Shown here piece by piece: positions 1 through 12,000 of a stretch of 64,000 nucleotides of DNA (position 1 is its first letter; each line of letters begins with the position of its first letter). The translations under genes and the position numbers were made by a program. The stretch is from positions 27,776,001-27,840,000 of the forward strand of contig OZ260661.1 of NCBI GenBank assembly GCA_965285935.1, in the 5' to 3' direction. The stretch is from Ophelia neglecta (lineage: Eukaryota). Below the pieces are notes generated by a model. That model worked only from the letters and a program-made list of their open reading frames with translations, was not told where the DNA came from and ran no database searches.

Positions 1-181
1 ATTTTGGAATGGTATTATGTAAAATTACGATGCACGGAATAAACACAACTATATGAGTAGAAAGTGGGCATGTGTTCATCCTCACGTAGATCATAAGAGT
101 TGCTAGCGTGGGCGCCAAATATCTGAACGACATTTGACATTTTGGAATGGTATTATGTAATATCGCGATGCCCGGAATGAA
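1..181. repeat. Imperfect direct repeat with 138-bp period, cut by the window edge
   Basis: ATTTTGGAATGGTATTATGTAA.AT..CGATGC.CGGAAT.AA at 1 and 139. Confidence 0.7.
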
Positions 182-3001
182 GTCTAATAGATTCTTCGTG
201 TCCTATTACCCAACTAAAAGGTTCTAGTTTGGAGAGCCTTTTTGCTTTTATGATGTCCCAATGGTCTTTTTATGAGGCATCTGTATTTTGTCCCTGTTAC
301 TGAGCATCTTTAAAGGTTTGTCGCTTTTCGTTCGATTATCTCAAAAACGCAAAGGTCACTTCTTCCCATAGATATAGAGCGAGCATGTAGCAAACGTTGG
401 AGGCATGAACGTAGGGCATTGTATGTGAAATATGATATTCAAAGTTTCCTCTTGAGTAGCCATATAAAAATTATTCATATATTGGACGCTGTTGCTTGAC
501 AAACAAAATGCTAAATATATCCGCAGACTAAGAATTGCTTATTTTACTGCGCAGGTCTCTTGGTAAATAGAAAAACGTATCAGTATATTCCACTTTAATT
601 GGTTTAAGCAAGCAACGTGGTGTTCAGTATCAATATGCAGAGGCTTAATCGTTTATTAACGCCAAGTTCTTGTTCTTGTCCCCCCCCCCCCCTCACTTGT
701 GGTCATTAGTCGTAAGTATCCGCGTTTCGTGTTTCAACAAATTTAAACTAAAACAGGTGAAAGATTATATTTTAAACTAGAGAACATCACAAATTAAAAT
801 GCCAAAAGAGCTTTTATCATTCATGAGAGGCGTTCCAAAAATAATCCAGTGAGTTTTGCCAGACCAATGTGTAAAATAGAATTTGCATTGCTCCTAAATA
901 CATTTCTCATAATGGTCTACAGACTTGTCCTTATTACATCACATTCTAAGTTGCCAATTTCATGCAGCATTACCGCTATAATTGTGTTAAACATTGGGTT
1001 TCGAATTGAATAGCATCGTCGAACATGTCTCATTTTACATCGCACAGGAGACTTATTAATATGCACTAGATACTGGCTGGTGTACTGCAATTCAATAAAA
1101 TACTAATTTCATGTTGAATACAAATTTGGGAGACACGCAAATTGAAAAATTGAGTTCTTAAACATATCTTTAAGTTTCGGCACTTTAAAACCTGCAAGGC
1201 AAACATAAATAAGACGAAGAAATTGGGTTCAGTTCTGTGTCAACATTTAGGAGTGCAGTCACAAGAAAATATAAACGTTGTGGCTAAATTTAATTATCTG
1301 TGTCCTTCCTGTAATAAAACGCCTATTGTTGGTTGTAAAACTACCAATACCGTATTCTGAAAAAGGCAAAAGTAATACGGAAATCCCTTGGCTGACAAGC
1401 CTGCCAACACATAATGGTAGAGTAGGCGTCTCTGATTTGTAATGGTTTCTCTTCCACGTGACATGGATTCTAAAAATTGGCAAAGAGGGTGCTTAAGACC
1501 AGGGCACAGCACATACGCAGTTCACAATGGCCGCACTAATTTTAAAGTGATTATGAAGCTGCATCATCTTCCATGCCTTCTAGAAAGAAGTGATTTACGC
1601 GGTGGCTTTGCAGATTCGTAGTTCGTCTCAGGTTGTAATCAGGTGACCAATTAGTCACTGACTGGGTTAATAGATTGTATCCCTACACACTCCATTCACG
1701 TGGTACTTAACACTCGGTATGTGAGTTGCAGAACCTTACAAAATAAACTGTGTGAGACATTGAAAATCAGATGGTCTTTATACTTTGAGATTGGAGTAAT
1801 GTTAGTTACTGCTGCTCCGATTTCGAGGCAAAACGATAGTAAGATATCGACGTTAATTATACACAATAGTTTTTAAGATATGCTTCTCGTGTAAAGAGAA
1901 CTTGGTAGATGCATCACAGTCCATCGAGGTAGAACGCACTTCTTCGCCTATCCAATACGACACGTGTGCTTCACAGCAAAATTGTGCCGCGTATCCCAGA
2001 AAACCTGGTCAAATTGTGTGAAGAGATCTTTACACAGACTCGGACTACATATTCACCCATTCTGGACTATATTAACGTGAGCAAGGGTGGCATCTACGTT
2101 TGCCAGAACACCCGTCTACTAACTAAGGTCTCCTAGTTTCGGCAACTTTATGACAACAGAATTAACTTTAAATTAAGATCCAGTAGACCATGAGCAAAAA
2201 TGATTAGCAAACTGCGAGACAGAATTCTGGAATTAAATTCGATAAATAACAGATAGTATAACATCATTGGTCTTCGGACAGAACTTAGGCGTCTATTGCA
2301 AAGTTCTAATCAATGCTTCACGAATGAAGAGAGCCCATACGTACTGTATCTAGTCCAAACCCAATGCTTACTTGTAGAGGAGGTATCAACTACCCCAAAT
2401 GGTCTCAACGTATCGATCGGTTCATTGAGTTCGTTGCTAAATACCAATAACTTAAGCGGCCCCCTCCTAAACAGTATATTGCCCATTATTAGGATAAAAT
2501 GTTTGTCCAGACAATATAATCATCCTTGACTGACGACCGGCTAAGTGTGTTTAATTTCTAATAAACAACGAACATATTAACACGGTAATAAAATATATAA
2601 AAAATTATGAAAACAAGTTTGCTAGCACATACACCAAATTCAAAATTGGCAGGCAAATACTTATGGTTAGATAGGTTCACAGTACTAGGCACTAAATGTG
2701 GACCCGAGAAAACTGCCTTTTTTTTCTATAATCAATTAGCGAAAACTTAACCCTTTAGAATGATTGACGTATTTTTTTTCGCCATAAGTCTTTTAACATG
2801 GACACAACGAGTCAATTAGAAATGCAGATTTCCTTAAAAGCTTCGGTTGTGAATGCTCCTTTAAACATATTAGGCAAACAAGTGCATAAACTGCATTGCA
2901 GCGACAGCCCTAGTTTTATCGTTCCTCAGAATCTAGGATTGCTTTATGCATAAAAAAACTATACTTGTCGAAAAACCTGACACATCAGTCTGCAATACAA
3001 G

Positions 3002-3077
3002 ACAAATATTTGTTTTAAGAACCCAATCGTTCTGAGCACACTAACTGCATCTTTTACAGCAAAGGTTTTTTTAATTC
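3002..3077 (+). repeat. Dispersed repeat family B copy (pairs with 39205-39280)
   Basis: ACAAATATTTG...GAACCCAATCG.TCT..GCACAC..A.TGCA...GGTTTTTT.AATTC is shared between the two sites. Confidence 0.65.
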
Positions 3078-6000
3078 GGCCAATAACTATCGACAAGTCT
3101 GCCACAGCAGTGTTATACAAGAAGAACTAATCGTAGACGAGCCTAGATAATGAGGGTAATTAGTCTTACGTTACCATGCTTTTTTGTAAAAACGACGTAT
3201 TTACTACCACAATATTTCCTATTGTGACGGTAAAAAAGAACACATTTTTGTACGGGAGGATGGGGCCGGGAAGAGGAGGTGGGGGCAGGCAGGACGAGTA
3301 TGTTGGTATTACCCGCAAGTAAGGCTCATAATATAAAATGTGTATTCATTCCATTATCTAGGCGTGTGAAGTCAAGAAATAACCTGTTTCCTCGAATCCA
3401 ATAATAAACACTATATATGATGATGGTGTCTGCCCTGATGGTGATCCAGCTGAATGCAAAGTCTTTTTACTTGAGAAATTATAAGAAGTTGCTGTAAGAA
3501 ATATTATTTAAAACCTGTTTAAAAATGTATTTGTCTTGCCTGTAAATCCTCTTGCTTATTAAATTGATTTTAAGACAAGAGTAGCCAGAAAGTGAATTAC
3601 CGGTGAAAGGAGTATATATAAAGAATGTATTATTATATTGCTTTTGAGACTCAGCGGGCATACAGAGTATGCCCCTAGGATAGCAATATTAAGCGTGATA
3701 GGAAAAAAAACATATGATCTCACTGGGGTCCTTCTTGTATATATTCCATGGTTATCATCGTGGTAATTTGTCGGCATCAGGTAGATTACCGGACTTTTAA
3801 TTAATTGATTTCCGTGGGTTATACTTTGTTTATTTGTTATATTTTGTTCTACACTTTAACTATTAATACCGCAGATGTAAGCTAACTATTTAAATGCAAT
3901 AAAACTCTCAACTTAAGTTATTATATATGATGACAAATGATCAGACCGTAAAACAATCAAAGGCGATTCAACCAATTTGATGAAAACGTTCTTGTCATAT
4001 AGTGGAAGAGCTCCAGAAAGGCTTTAAAGCATATCCTTTATATTGGATCTACTATCAATGGAACTCTGATGATATGAAAATCCTAAACAAAAAAATATCG
4101 AATAAAAAACAAAAATTGATTCCTAACTGTCCTTGCCCTAGGTTGTTATAGGCGGTGATTATTATCGATCTTGTATTGCTGGGAGTGTCTGTCTTAGACA
4201 AACAACTTGGACAGATACTCAATTATGTAAGGGGAAGAAAATGCCCAAGTGCTCAAGAGAGATGATAAGTTAGAGTTTCGGAAGCCTTTCCAATTTGGAT
4301 CCGGCGACTTTAGAATCAAGTCGATGACCTTGGGCCTCTATCTTGTTAATATTGTGATACAACATCACAAAACTCGTCGGAGTGGAGCCGACTTGAGTGG
4401 GGAAAACTGATAAATACAGTCAATCACCTCAAACTAATGAAACTTAAGATTTTTTTTGGATCATTATATAGGTATCGATTTATTTGTCTAGAGGCGAATT
4501 AGGAATAAATAAGCCACCCACGCTCTGGAAGATGAGCGAACAGGTCTACGTTCTCATATTCACTGGCACGTGTACAAAACCAATTAAGTCTGGGGAGGGA
4601 GCTATCGTCAAGTAAATAGGAGTCCACGGATTATCCTCCCAACCACTCATCGAATGTAGTAACATGTTCAAATAAGATCATATGGTATACAACAGTTAAA
4701 TTTATAATATTATGAAAAACAGCAATTTGTTATATTATTTCTTTGCACTTAAATCAGAGTTACATCCATATGATATAATACTGGCAACATGCTTGTGAAA
4801 CAAAAGGGTAAAGCATCTGCACAGACTGAGACTACCAACCGTTTTATTAAGGGCGAAAATATTAATACATGGCAAACCAAAATGATCTAATATATAGCAT
4901 TAACTCTGTCCAGATTCCCATATTTTGAAATCAGTAGGTTTCCAAGTGCCTCGATAGTAGTTTTCAGAAAAAAAATTTGTAGGTGCTCTCAAATTAAAAC
5001 GTTTATCATTAAAATCAATCAATCTTGCAAATTTGACCCTCTCATTTGGTAATAAAAACCACTTACGGGTTTTACTAATGGACTATTCATATACTTTTAC
5101 GATTTCATTGAAGTCTTTGAGATATATCAGTGATCACAGATAATAAAAATCCGAAGTTGAAAACTCTTCCTGGTCAATGTCGCTGGTGTAAAGCAAACAA
5201 CGTAGAAACTAAATGACACTAAATGGGGGTAGTAGAAAGAAGTAGTAACTGGAATATCACCGGTGACAGTTTGGATCAACCCTAACCCAAACTATAACAT
5301 TCGCAAGTTCAGTAACCTCATACAGAGGGAGAGCGACCAGTCAATCCTCTTCTGTTAGCTATCCATTCCCCGTTGTTGTGCTTTCGTCCCAGTCATGATA
5401 TTATGTTATCAAGATTCGTTGATGCTTAATCAAAATATGCGGCCTGATCCCAGCGCTATACTTATGATTATTGTCCATGAACTTATAAGAAGGAAAAGTC
5501 TGGAGTTACCGCAGCTTCTATTGACAAGTTATTTAGATTTGCCTAAAGAGACCATTGCTAATAATGAATAAATGAATACTAGTGATAAACAATGAAAAGA
5601 CAGTCTACTGGCAACAGAAGCTTTGTATCTATTCAGAGACCCGAAAAACACCAGCTACAAAGTACAGGAGCAGTTTCTAGGGCAAATTCCTTGACAGCAA
5701 TATGGGATATTCAGCAGCATTGTAAAACGCCGCCAAAGGCCAGATAAATACACATGCTTGAGTGTTTCAGTGTCTAATATACCAACTAACCACTTGACTA
5801 ACCTATATATAATTATCTAACATGGCATTGAGTTGCTTTATGCGGACCATGTTGATGTTTGGCGGAAACTTAAACCGATCAATCTTCCATTCTTGACTAA
5901 CTATTTTGGTATGTGTGCCATTTCTATTCGGTTAAATGGACCATTCTCCACTACCGATTTTGGTTTATGTACCGGGTTTTCACTTCAGGTTCATATCCAA

Positions 6001-7348
6001 TGGGAAAAGATTGCAGAGTGGCAATAGGGCGCGGGCAGGAATGTTCGCATTCATGCTTACTTTTGCCAATAGGTAACAGTTGACTTGGCTGTTTCCGAAG
6101 AGGATAAATTGGGAACTTGTCAATGGTTTGATGGTATAGGGTGTGTGAGTGGGTTGTAACTGAAGCTGCAGGTTTTGTTACTACCTGTCGGCTCGGGAAT
6201 TAAACGGCAGTGATACCTTGGAGTCAAGGCAAAATCGTTAATCGAGAACAATCAGTTGGGTCCATCGGAAGTAATCAGGAATTGTTTACCACAGAGAAAC
6301 AAAAAAGTTGGAAATAGACACAAATACTTTTCCCCTTGTCTCGATTTAATTATGCCACATCATCTATATTATTTACCAGACACGCCACAAACTGGTAAAA
6401 TGGGTAAGGCAAATGGCTATTCTGGTTCGAGAATCACATTTTGAAAGAAGGAAGTTCGGTTATGTAATGTGGAACTAAAGTCAAACATACTTTTCTTGAC
6501 TAGCCCATCTGTATGGCACTTATGTGTATTTGGCAAATATCAAAGAGAAGATGCTGTGGCCTAATTTAATAGGGTGAAGGAGGCAATTGTTGGCGTTGTC
6601 TTTACTCATACAGGCCTTGTTTTAACATATTACAGAACTGATCTCTTGTTTTATAACACCAAAGCCATTTATAAGGGTAGGATCTGTGAATCCTGCGTTT
6701 TGTCTTGGGGGCAAACACCTTTCTGTCGTAACACACGGGTTATAGCCCTACTATATTCACTAGCCCTACTAGTGCAGTGAACTAGTGCACGCATCTCTCG
6801 CACCTAACTATGATTAAGATTTATATACAAATGATATCATAGAATGTCTGAGACAGTTTTTTTTTTACAAACCCTGCGCATCTAAGAGCATTCATTTTAA
6901 AGCGTCATTAATCATCAACCCTATTCCCACGAATATCAAACGGCTTTGCTGATAGTTCAAAGGAGTTTTCCCCTTAGGTGTCGAACACGACCGAGGCAAG
7001 CAGCTGAAAACAAGTAAAAAGATTTCTTTACGGAGCTTGATGAATCAATTTTTCACTTACATTAGCGGTAAAAATGATGAGTCATTTGCACCAATGGTAG
7101 CCCGGCCCACTATGAATGCACAGAATACTTGTACTTATTAAAACAAGCTAAAAGTCGAGGCCATGAAGCATGCCTTATCCTAAACAACCACTCCTATGCA
7201 GACAGCAATGAACATCCGTATCCTAATGAAAATGTGAGTACATATTTTCGACAAAGGCCAGTAAACAATGATATTTAATGAACTGCACGTATAATTATAA
7301 ATACGTTATCCAGTTATTTGAAACATAATCTTCGATTGGCGCACATCT

Positions 7349-7365
7349 AAATACTGCCAGATGAC
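7349..7365 (+). repeat. 5' copy of target-site duplication AAATACTGCCAGATGAC
   Basis: Exact match to 12981-12997. Preceded by CT, giving a T/AAA junction similar to L1-type APE endonuclease nick sites. Confidence 0.95.
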
Positions 7366-7643
7366 GGTTGACTGGTCACAAGTGATGGACACACTTGCAG
7401 TGTACTCATGCTTTTTCCAAGTTTTTGGATGTTAGGATACTGTGGAGGGTGGTAAAGTATGTACCATATTACAGAACTGGATACAGAGAATAGATTTATG
7501 TACATTTCATTTGTGGATGTTTTGTGAATATTTCACATTTTTGTGTTTTTTGGTGTCATTCTGATCTCTGATACTGGGCTAGACTTAGACTGATCTGCTC
7601 AGAGGTACATACAGAAGTATACACAAACTGCAAAAGCATTACA

Positions 7644-8876
7644 ATGGATGTGGATACATTTGACCTCGGTTCAATGACCAAGCCTTGCTTTATAAAGGCA
7701 AAGGACTTGCTGGAGAAAACCAATAACTATGAAATGTGTCAAGCGGTAGCAGCAAACATTGGTTGTACAAACGTAGCTGGGTGTCAACTGATAAAAGGCT
7801 TGTTTAGAATTTATCTCAAAACAGAAGCCGACAGGGTACAGCTAATGAGTTCTGAGTTGAATGTGAAGGGACAGCTAATCAGTGTGTATAATGAAAACCC
7901 ATTCAGGGCTGGGCTAAGTGGGCCAAATGACAGATTCACAAAGCTCACTGTTAAAGATCTCCCTCTTTCAAAAGGAAACATTTCACTTGTGGATTATTTG
8001 GAGAAAAATGGTGTAGTCATCAAGAAAATTCAGTATGCAAAAGCCAGGGACCCACATACAGGGAAGCTATCAGATTGGTTCAATGGTGACCGCATAATTT
8101 ATGCAGAGGAGCTGAAAAGTTCATTGCCAAGATTTGCTAAGGTTGGTGACAACGAGATCAGAATATTCTACCAAGATCAAGAACAGATTAGTAAATATGG
8201 TGAAATGTTATGCACTAACTGTTTTTCTAAGGAACACTACAAGAAAAGCTGTAAAAACCCCAAAGCTTGTAAGTTATGTAAGAAACCTGAACATGGTGAA
8301 ACAGAAGAGTGTGAGGCAAGAGCCAAAACTCCTATAAAATCAATAGAAGTTCTAGGAGGACCAGAAGATCCCCTATCAACATTCCATCAGGAGGAAATCA
8401 AAGTTTTTGGATATACTTTCCTAACTTCTCAACAAGCATATGAATATGCAAAGGCCATAAGGAGGGGAGAGAGTAAGATCGCTGAAAATATTTTAGGATC
8501 TAACTCACCGGCCTTCGCCAAAGCTCAGGCAAAATACCTCAAGTTTGACCCAGGGTGGCAAAGACAGAAGAGGGATGTTATGAAACAAGTTCTAAAGGCA
8601 AAGAGTGAGCAATCAGCAACCTTCAGGGAAAGGCTTACATCAACAGACAGGACCAGGATTGTTGAAGCTCGGCGTGACAGCTATTGGGGCAATGGACTAG
8701 ATGCAGTGGAAACAACAGGAGTGAAAATTCAGTATTGGCCTGGTCAAAATGAACTAGGGAAGATATTGGAGGAGATCAGGAATGGTGACAAGAAAGGAGG
8801 AAAGAAGGCTGATGGAAAGACTGAACAAGAAGGGGTAGTAACAAGAGGAACATTGAAGTCAGTTAATTCTAGTTAA
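7644..8876 (+). CDS. LINE ORF1p (410 aa): N-terminal putative RNA-binding region, two CCHC zinc knuckles and a C-terminal NADAR (YbiA/DUF1768) domain
   Basis: CTNCFSKEHYKKSC (CX2CX4HX4C, aa 190-203, nt 8211-8252) and CKLCKKPEHGETEEC (aa 209-223). Aa about 234-380 contain the NADAR motifs LSTF, TSQQAYEYAKA, W..QK.DVM..VL.AK..Q, RERL..T, IVEA..DSYWGNG and GQNELGKILEEIR in the expected order and spacing. Confidence 0.93.
   Translation: MDVDTFDLGSMTKPCFIKAKDLLEKTNNYEMCQAVAANIGCTNVAGCQLIKGLFRIYLKTEADRVQLMSSELNVKGQLISVYNENPFRAGLSGPNDRFTKLTVKDLPLSKGNISLVDYLEKNGVVIKKIQYAKARDPHTGKLSDWFNGDRIIYAEELKSSLPRFAKVGDNEIRIFYQDQEQISKYGEMLCTNCFSKEHYKKSCKNPKACKLCKKPEHGETEECEARAKTPIKSIEVLGGPEDPLSTFHQEEIKVFGYTFLTSQQAYEYAKAIRRGESKIAENILGSNSPAFAKAQAKYLKFDPGWQRQKRDVMKQVLKAKSEQSATFRERLTSTDRTRIVEARRDSYWGNGLDAVETTGVKIQYWPGQNELGKILEEIRNGDKKGGKKADGKTEQEGVVTRGTLKSVNSS
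8343..8783 (+). other. NADAR (YbiA-like) domain within ORF1
   Basis: Collinear with E. coli YbiA-type motifs as recalled (FSNF / TSEHYFQAQKF / W..VK..VM...L.AKF.Q / LVEH...DAYWGDG / GKNRLG.LLMELR) over about 145 aa. Confidence 0.9.
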
Positions 8877-9035
8877 ATGTTCTACATTACAGGTACATTT
8901 AATCCGGGCAAAGGAGATATTTATATCAGGTTATATTGTGTAAGCATCTCTGTTCCAGTAGTACTGGACTGTACTAATTATTTAGCTTATTATAAAATGA
9001 TTTGTGTGCTTGAAACTTCCCAGGTATGTCCATGA
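8877..9035 (+). CDS. 52-aa inter-ORF mini-ORF bridging the ORF1 stop and the ORF2 start (putative)
   Basis: ATG at 8877 directly follows the ORF1 TAA. The frame stays open across the whole spacer (MFYITGTFNPGKGDIYIRLYCVSISVPVVLDCTNYLAYYKMICVLETSQVCP). Its TGA (9033-9035) overlaps the ORF2 Met3 ATG (9032-9034) as ATGA. Confidence 0.4.
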   Translation: MFYITGTFNPGKGDIYIRLYCVSISVPVVLDCTNYLAYYKMICVLETSQVCP

Positions 9036-12000
9036 ATGAAGATATTTTAAAGATAGCAACGATAAATGTTAGAGGTCTAAATGATTTAAAAAAGAGGAAA
9101 AAAATATTTAAATGGATAAATGATAATGATATTCAAGTCACATATATGCAAGAAACATTTTGTACGGAACAGTTAAAACCTTATATAGAAAGCGGTTGGC
9201 AAGGAAAGTTTTTCAATGGGGTAACAGACTCCAGTCATAGTCGAGGAGTTGCCATTTTGATAAGTGATAAGTTAGACTGTAAGGTAATTGACTGCCACAA
9301 AAGTGATGATGGTAGAAGAATTATAGTTAATGTGGACTATAAAGAAAATATTATATCATTTGTAAACATTTATGCACCAAACAAAGAGAAGGTTAGATGC
9401 GACTTCTATAAAAGGATCAGCACATGGGTTCAAACCTGTTCAAAGAATGTCAGTAATATTGTATTAGCGGGTGACTTCAATTGTTGTATGAATGATGAAG
9501 ATAGGATACCTAAGACGCATCTACATGACAAAAGCAGATTTAATCTTAGAAAACTGTCAGAAAACTTAAATCTATATGACATGTGGGTTAAACTACATGG
9601 ACAGAAGTCAGGTTTCACATTCAGGGATAAACGCAATGATACAAAAAGTAGATTGGATTATATATTTTATAGTAAAAACTTTGTTTTTCAAGGTAAAAGT
9701 ATTAAAATTTCACACTGTACTTTTGTACCCGATCATAAGGTTGTTATTGGGTCTTTCGAAGTTACGGGTTTTAAAAGAGGACCTGGTTATTGGAAGATGA
9801 ACTGCACCTTATTAAATGAAGCAAGTTACTGCGACAGTATCTCAAAAATTGTAGATGAAGTAAAAATAGCATGTACCTCGGCAGGTTTAAGTAAAAGACA
9901 ACAATGGGAATTTCTAAAAATAAGAGTTAAAGATTTTTCAATTAAATATTCCATAGAAAGAGTTAAATGTATGAAAAAGTATAGGTTAGTAACACAAGAT
10001 AAACTTGATGAGGTGGTAGAAGAAATAGAAAATGCAAGTGATGAACAGAAAGATGAATTGGAGGAAAGAAGAAATATTTTAGAATCTGAAATAAACAGGA
10101 TTTATGAAGAAAATGTCAAAGGTGCCATTATAAGAAGCAAGATAAACTGGTATGAAAATGGCGAAAAGTCCAGTAAATACTTTTGTAATCTTGAGAAAAA
10201 ACGTCAATCTGACAATATAATTAGAAGAGTAGAAGGGGGTGGAAAGACCATTGATGATATGGGGGGGATTCTAAATGAATGTGTCCTATTTTACAAAAAA
10301 CTTTATAGTACAATGGATGTTAGTTCTCATGGAATTGATAAATATCTTCAAGAAATAACAGCCCCATCTATAAATGATGCAGGCCAAAAGTTTCTCGATA
10401 GTCCTATACAAAATTCTGAGGTAAAAGATGCTATAGATAGACTTAAAGTGGAAAAATCTCCTGGGCTTGATGGCATTGGGCCAGAGTTCTACAAGAAAAT
10501 GTGGCCTGTTATAGAAGATTTATTTATGGATATGATACAGGAAACTTCAACAAAAGGTCAATTATCCTATTCTATGAGGAAATCTGTTCTTTGTTTACTA
10601 CATAAAAAAGGCCCAAGAGATACTTTAAAAAATTACAGACCTATCAGTCTTTCGAACTACGATTATAAAATTATTGCCTTCATTTTGGCTAACAGAATAC
10701 AGAATATTATAAATCAACTTGTAAGTTTAGACCAAGGGGGATATATTAAAGGGAGATTCATTGGCGTTAATGCCAGAGTAATATTAGATATTTTTGAACA
10801 TTGTGAACAAAACAATATACCAGGGGCTATTATCTGCCTTGATTTTGAGAAAGCCTTTGATTCTTTAGAATGGAACTTTATGTGCAAAGTATTAACAAAA
10901 TTTGGTTTTGGGGTCAATTTTGTAAAATGGATTAGAATATTGTATAAACAGCCAGAAATATGTATTAAAAATAATGGATGGGTATCAGAAAGTTTTCATA
11001 TGGAAAGAGGTATAAGACAGGGATGCCCAGTATCTGCCTTACTCTTTATTTTGTCCCTAGAAATGTTAGCTATTTCTATAAGAAAATGTGGAGACATTAG
11101 AGGTTTTACATTTGAGCAGGACGAGATAAAAATATCTATGTATGCGGATGATTCTACACTCCTCCTGTCAGACATTGAATCCATTATAAATTCTTGTGTA
11201 AAAATTGATAATTTTTGCAAGGTATCTGGGTTAAAAATTAATCTTGCCAAAAGTGAGGGAATATGGCTAGGCCCATATAGGGACTCTAATCAAGGTTTTA
11301 ATGGGATTCCATTTACTAATAGTGCTGTAAGGTGTCTTGGAGTGTATATTGGCCACGATAAAATACAATGTCATGAACAAAATTGGTTACACAAAGTTAA
11401 GAAATTACAATTAGCACTGAACATTTGGAAGTCACGAAAACTCTCTTTAAAAGGTAAAATATTTATTGTGAAAACTTTTGGTATTTCTCGACTAATATAC
11501 ACAGCCAATATACTAGAAACACCAGGTGATATTGCTAAAACTATTGAAAAAATTGTTTATAACTTTATTTGGTCAAAACAAGATAGAATTAGAAGGAATA
11601 CATTGATTGGAAATTACGAAGATGGAGGTTTAAAAATGATTGACATATCAAGCAAATTAAAGTCATTAAAAGCAACATGGATCAGTAGGATTTTACAAAA
11701 TGATCATCTAAAAAATATTGTAAACCATTATATTAAGAAACAAGGACTGTACTTTGAATATCTTTTGTTAACTACCTTCAGTAGCCACAAAGAAGTAGAT
11801 GGTGTTCTATGCCTTCCACAATTCTATATTGAAGTGTTCTGTAGTTTTAATCAGTGCAAAACCAGTACAATTGCTGGCAGCATGAACAGTTATTCAGTTA
11901 TGACACAGCCTCTATGGTGTAATAAGTCATTTATCTGTAAAGGAAAATGTTTACTAATGGAGAATTGGGCAAAAAGTGGTTTCATGTTTGTCAAGGATAT

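Noticed and set aside
7344-7365. Target site resembles the miR-8/miR-200 5' end (AATACTGCC)
   Set aside because: The match is only about 9 nt and the reconstructed empty site has no pre-miRNA-length hairpin.
8343-8783. NADAR region as bacterial contamination or an independent ybiA gene
   Set aside because: It is in frame within ORF1, inside a TSD-bounded LINE, and shares the element's A-rich, CpG-poor composition.
8134-11250. Short overlapping or antisense ORFs inside the LINE (8134, 9430, 9576, 10714, 10996)
   Set aside because: They are shadow frames of ORF1 and ORF2 with no recognisable motifs.
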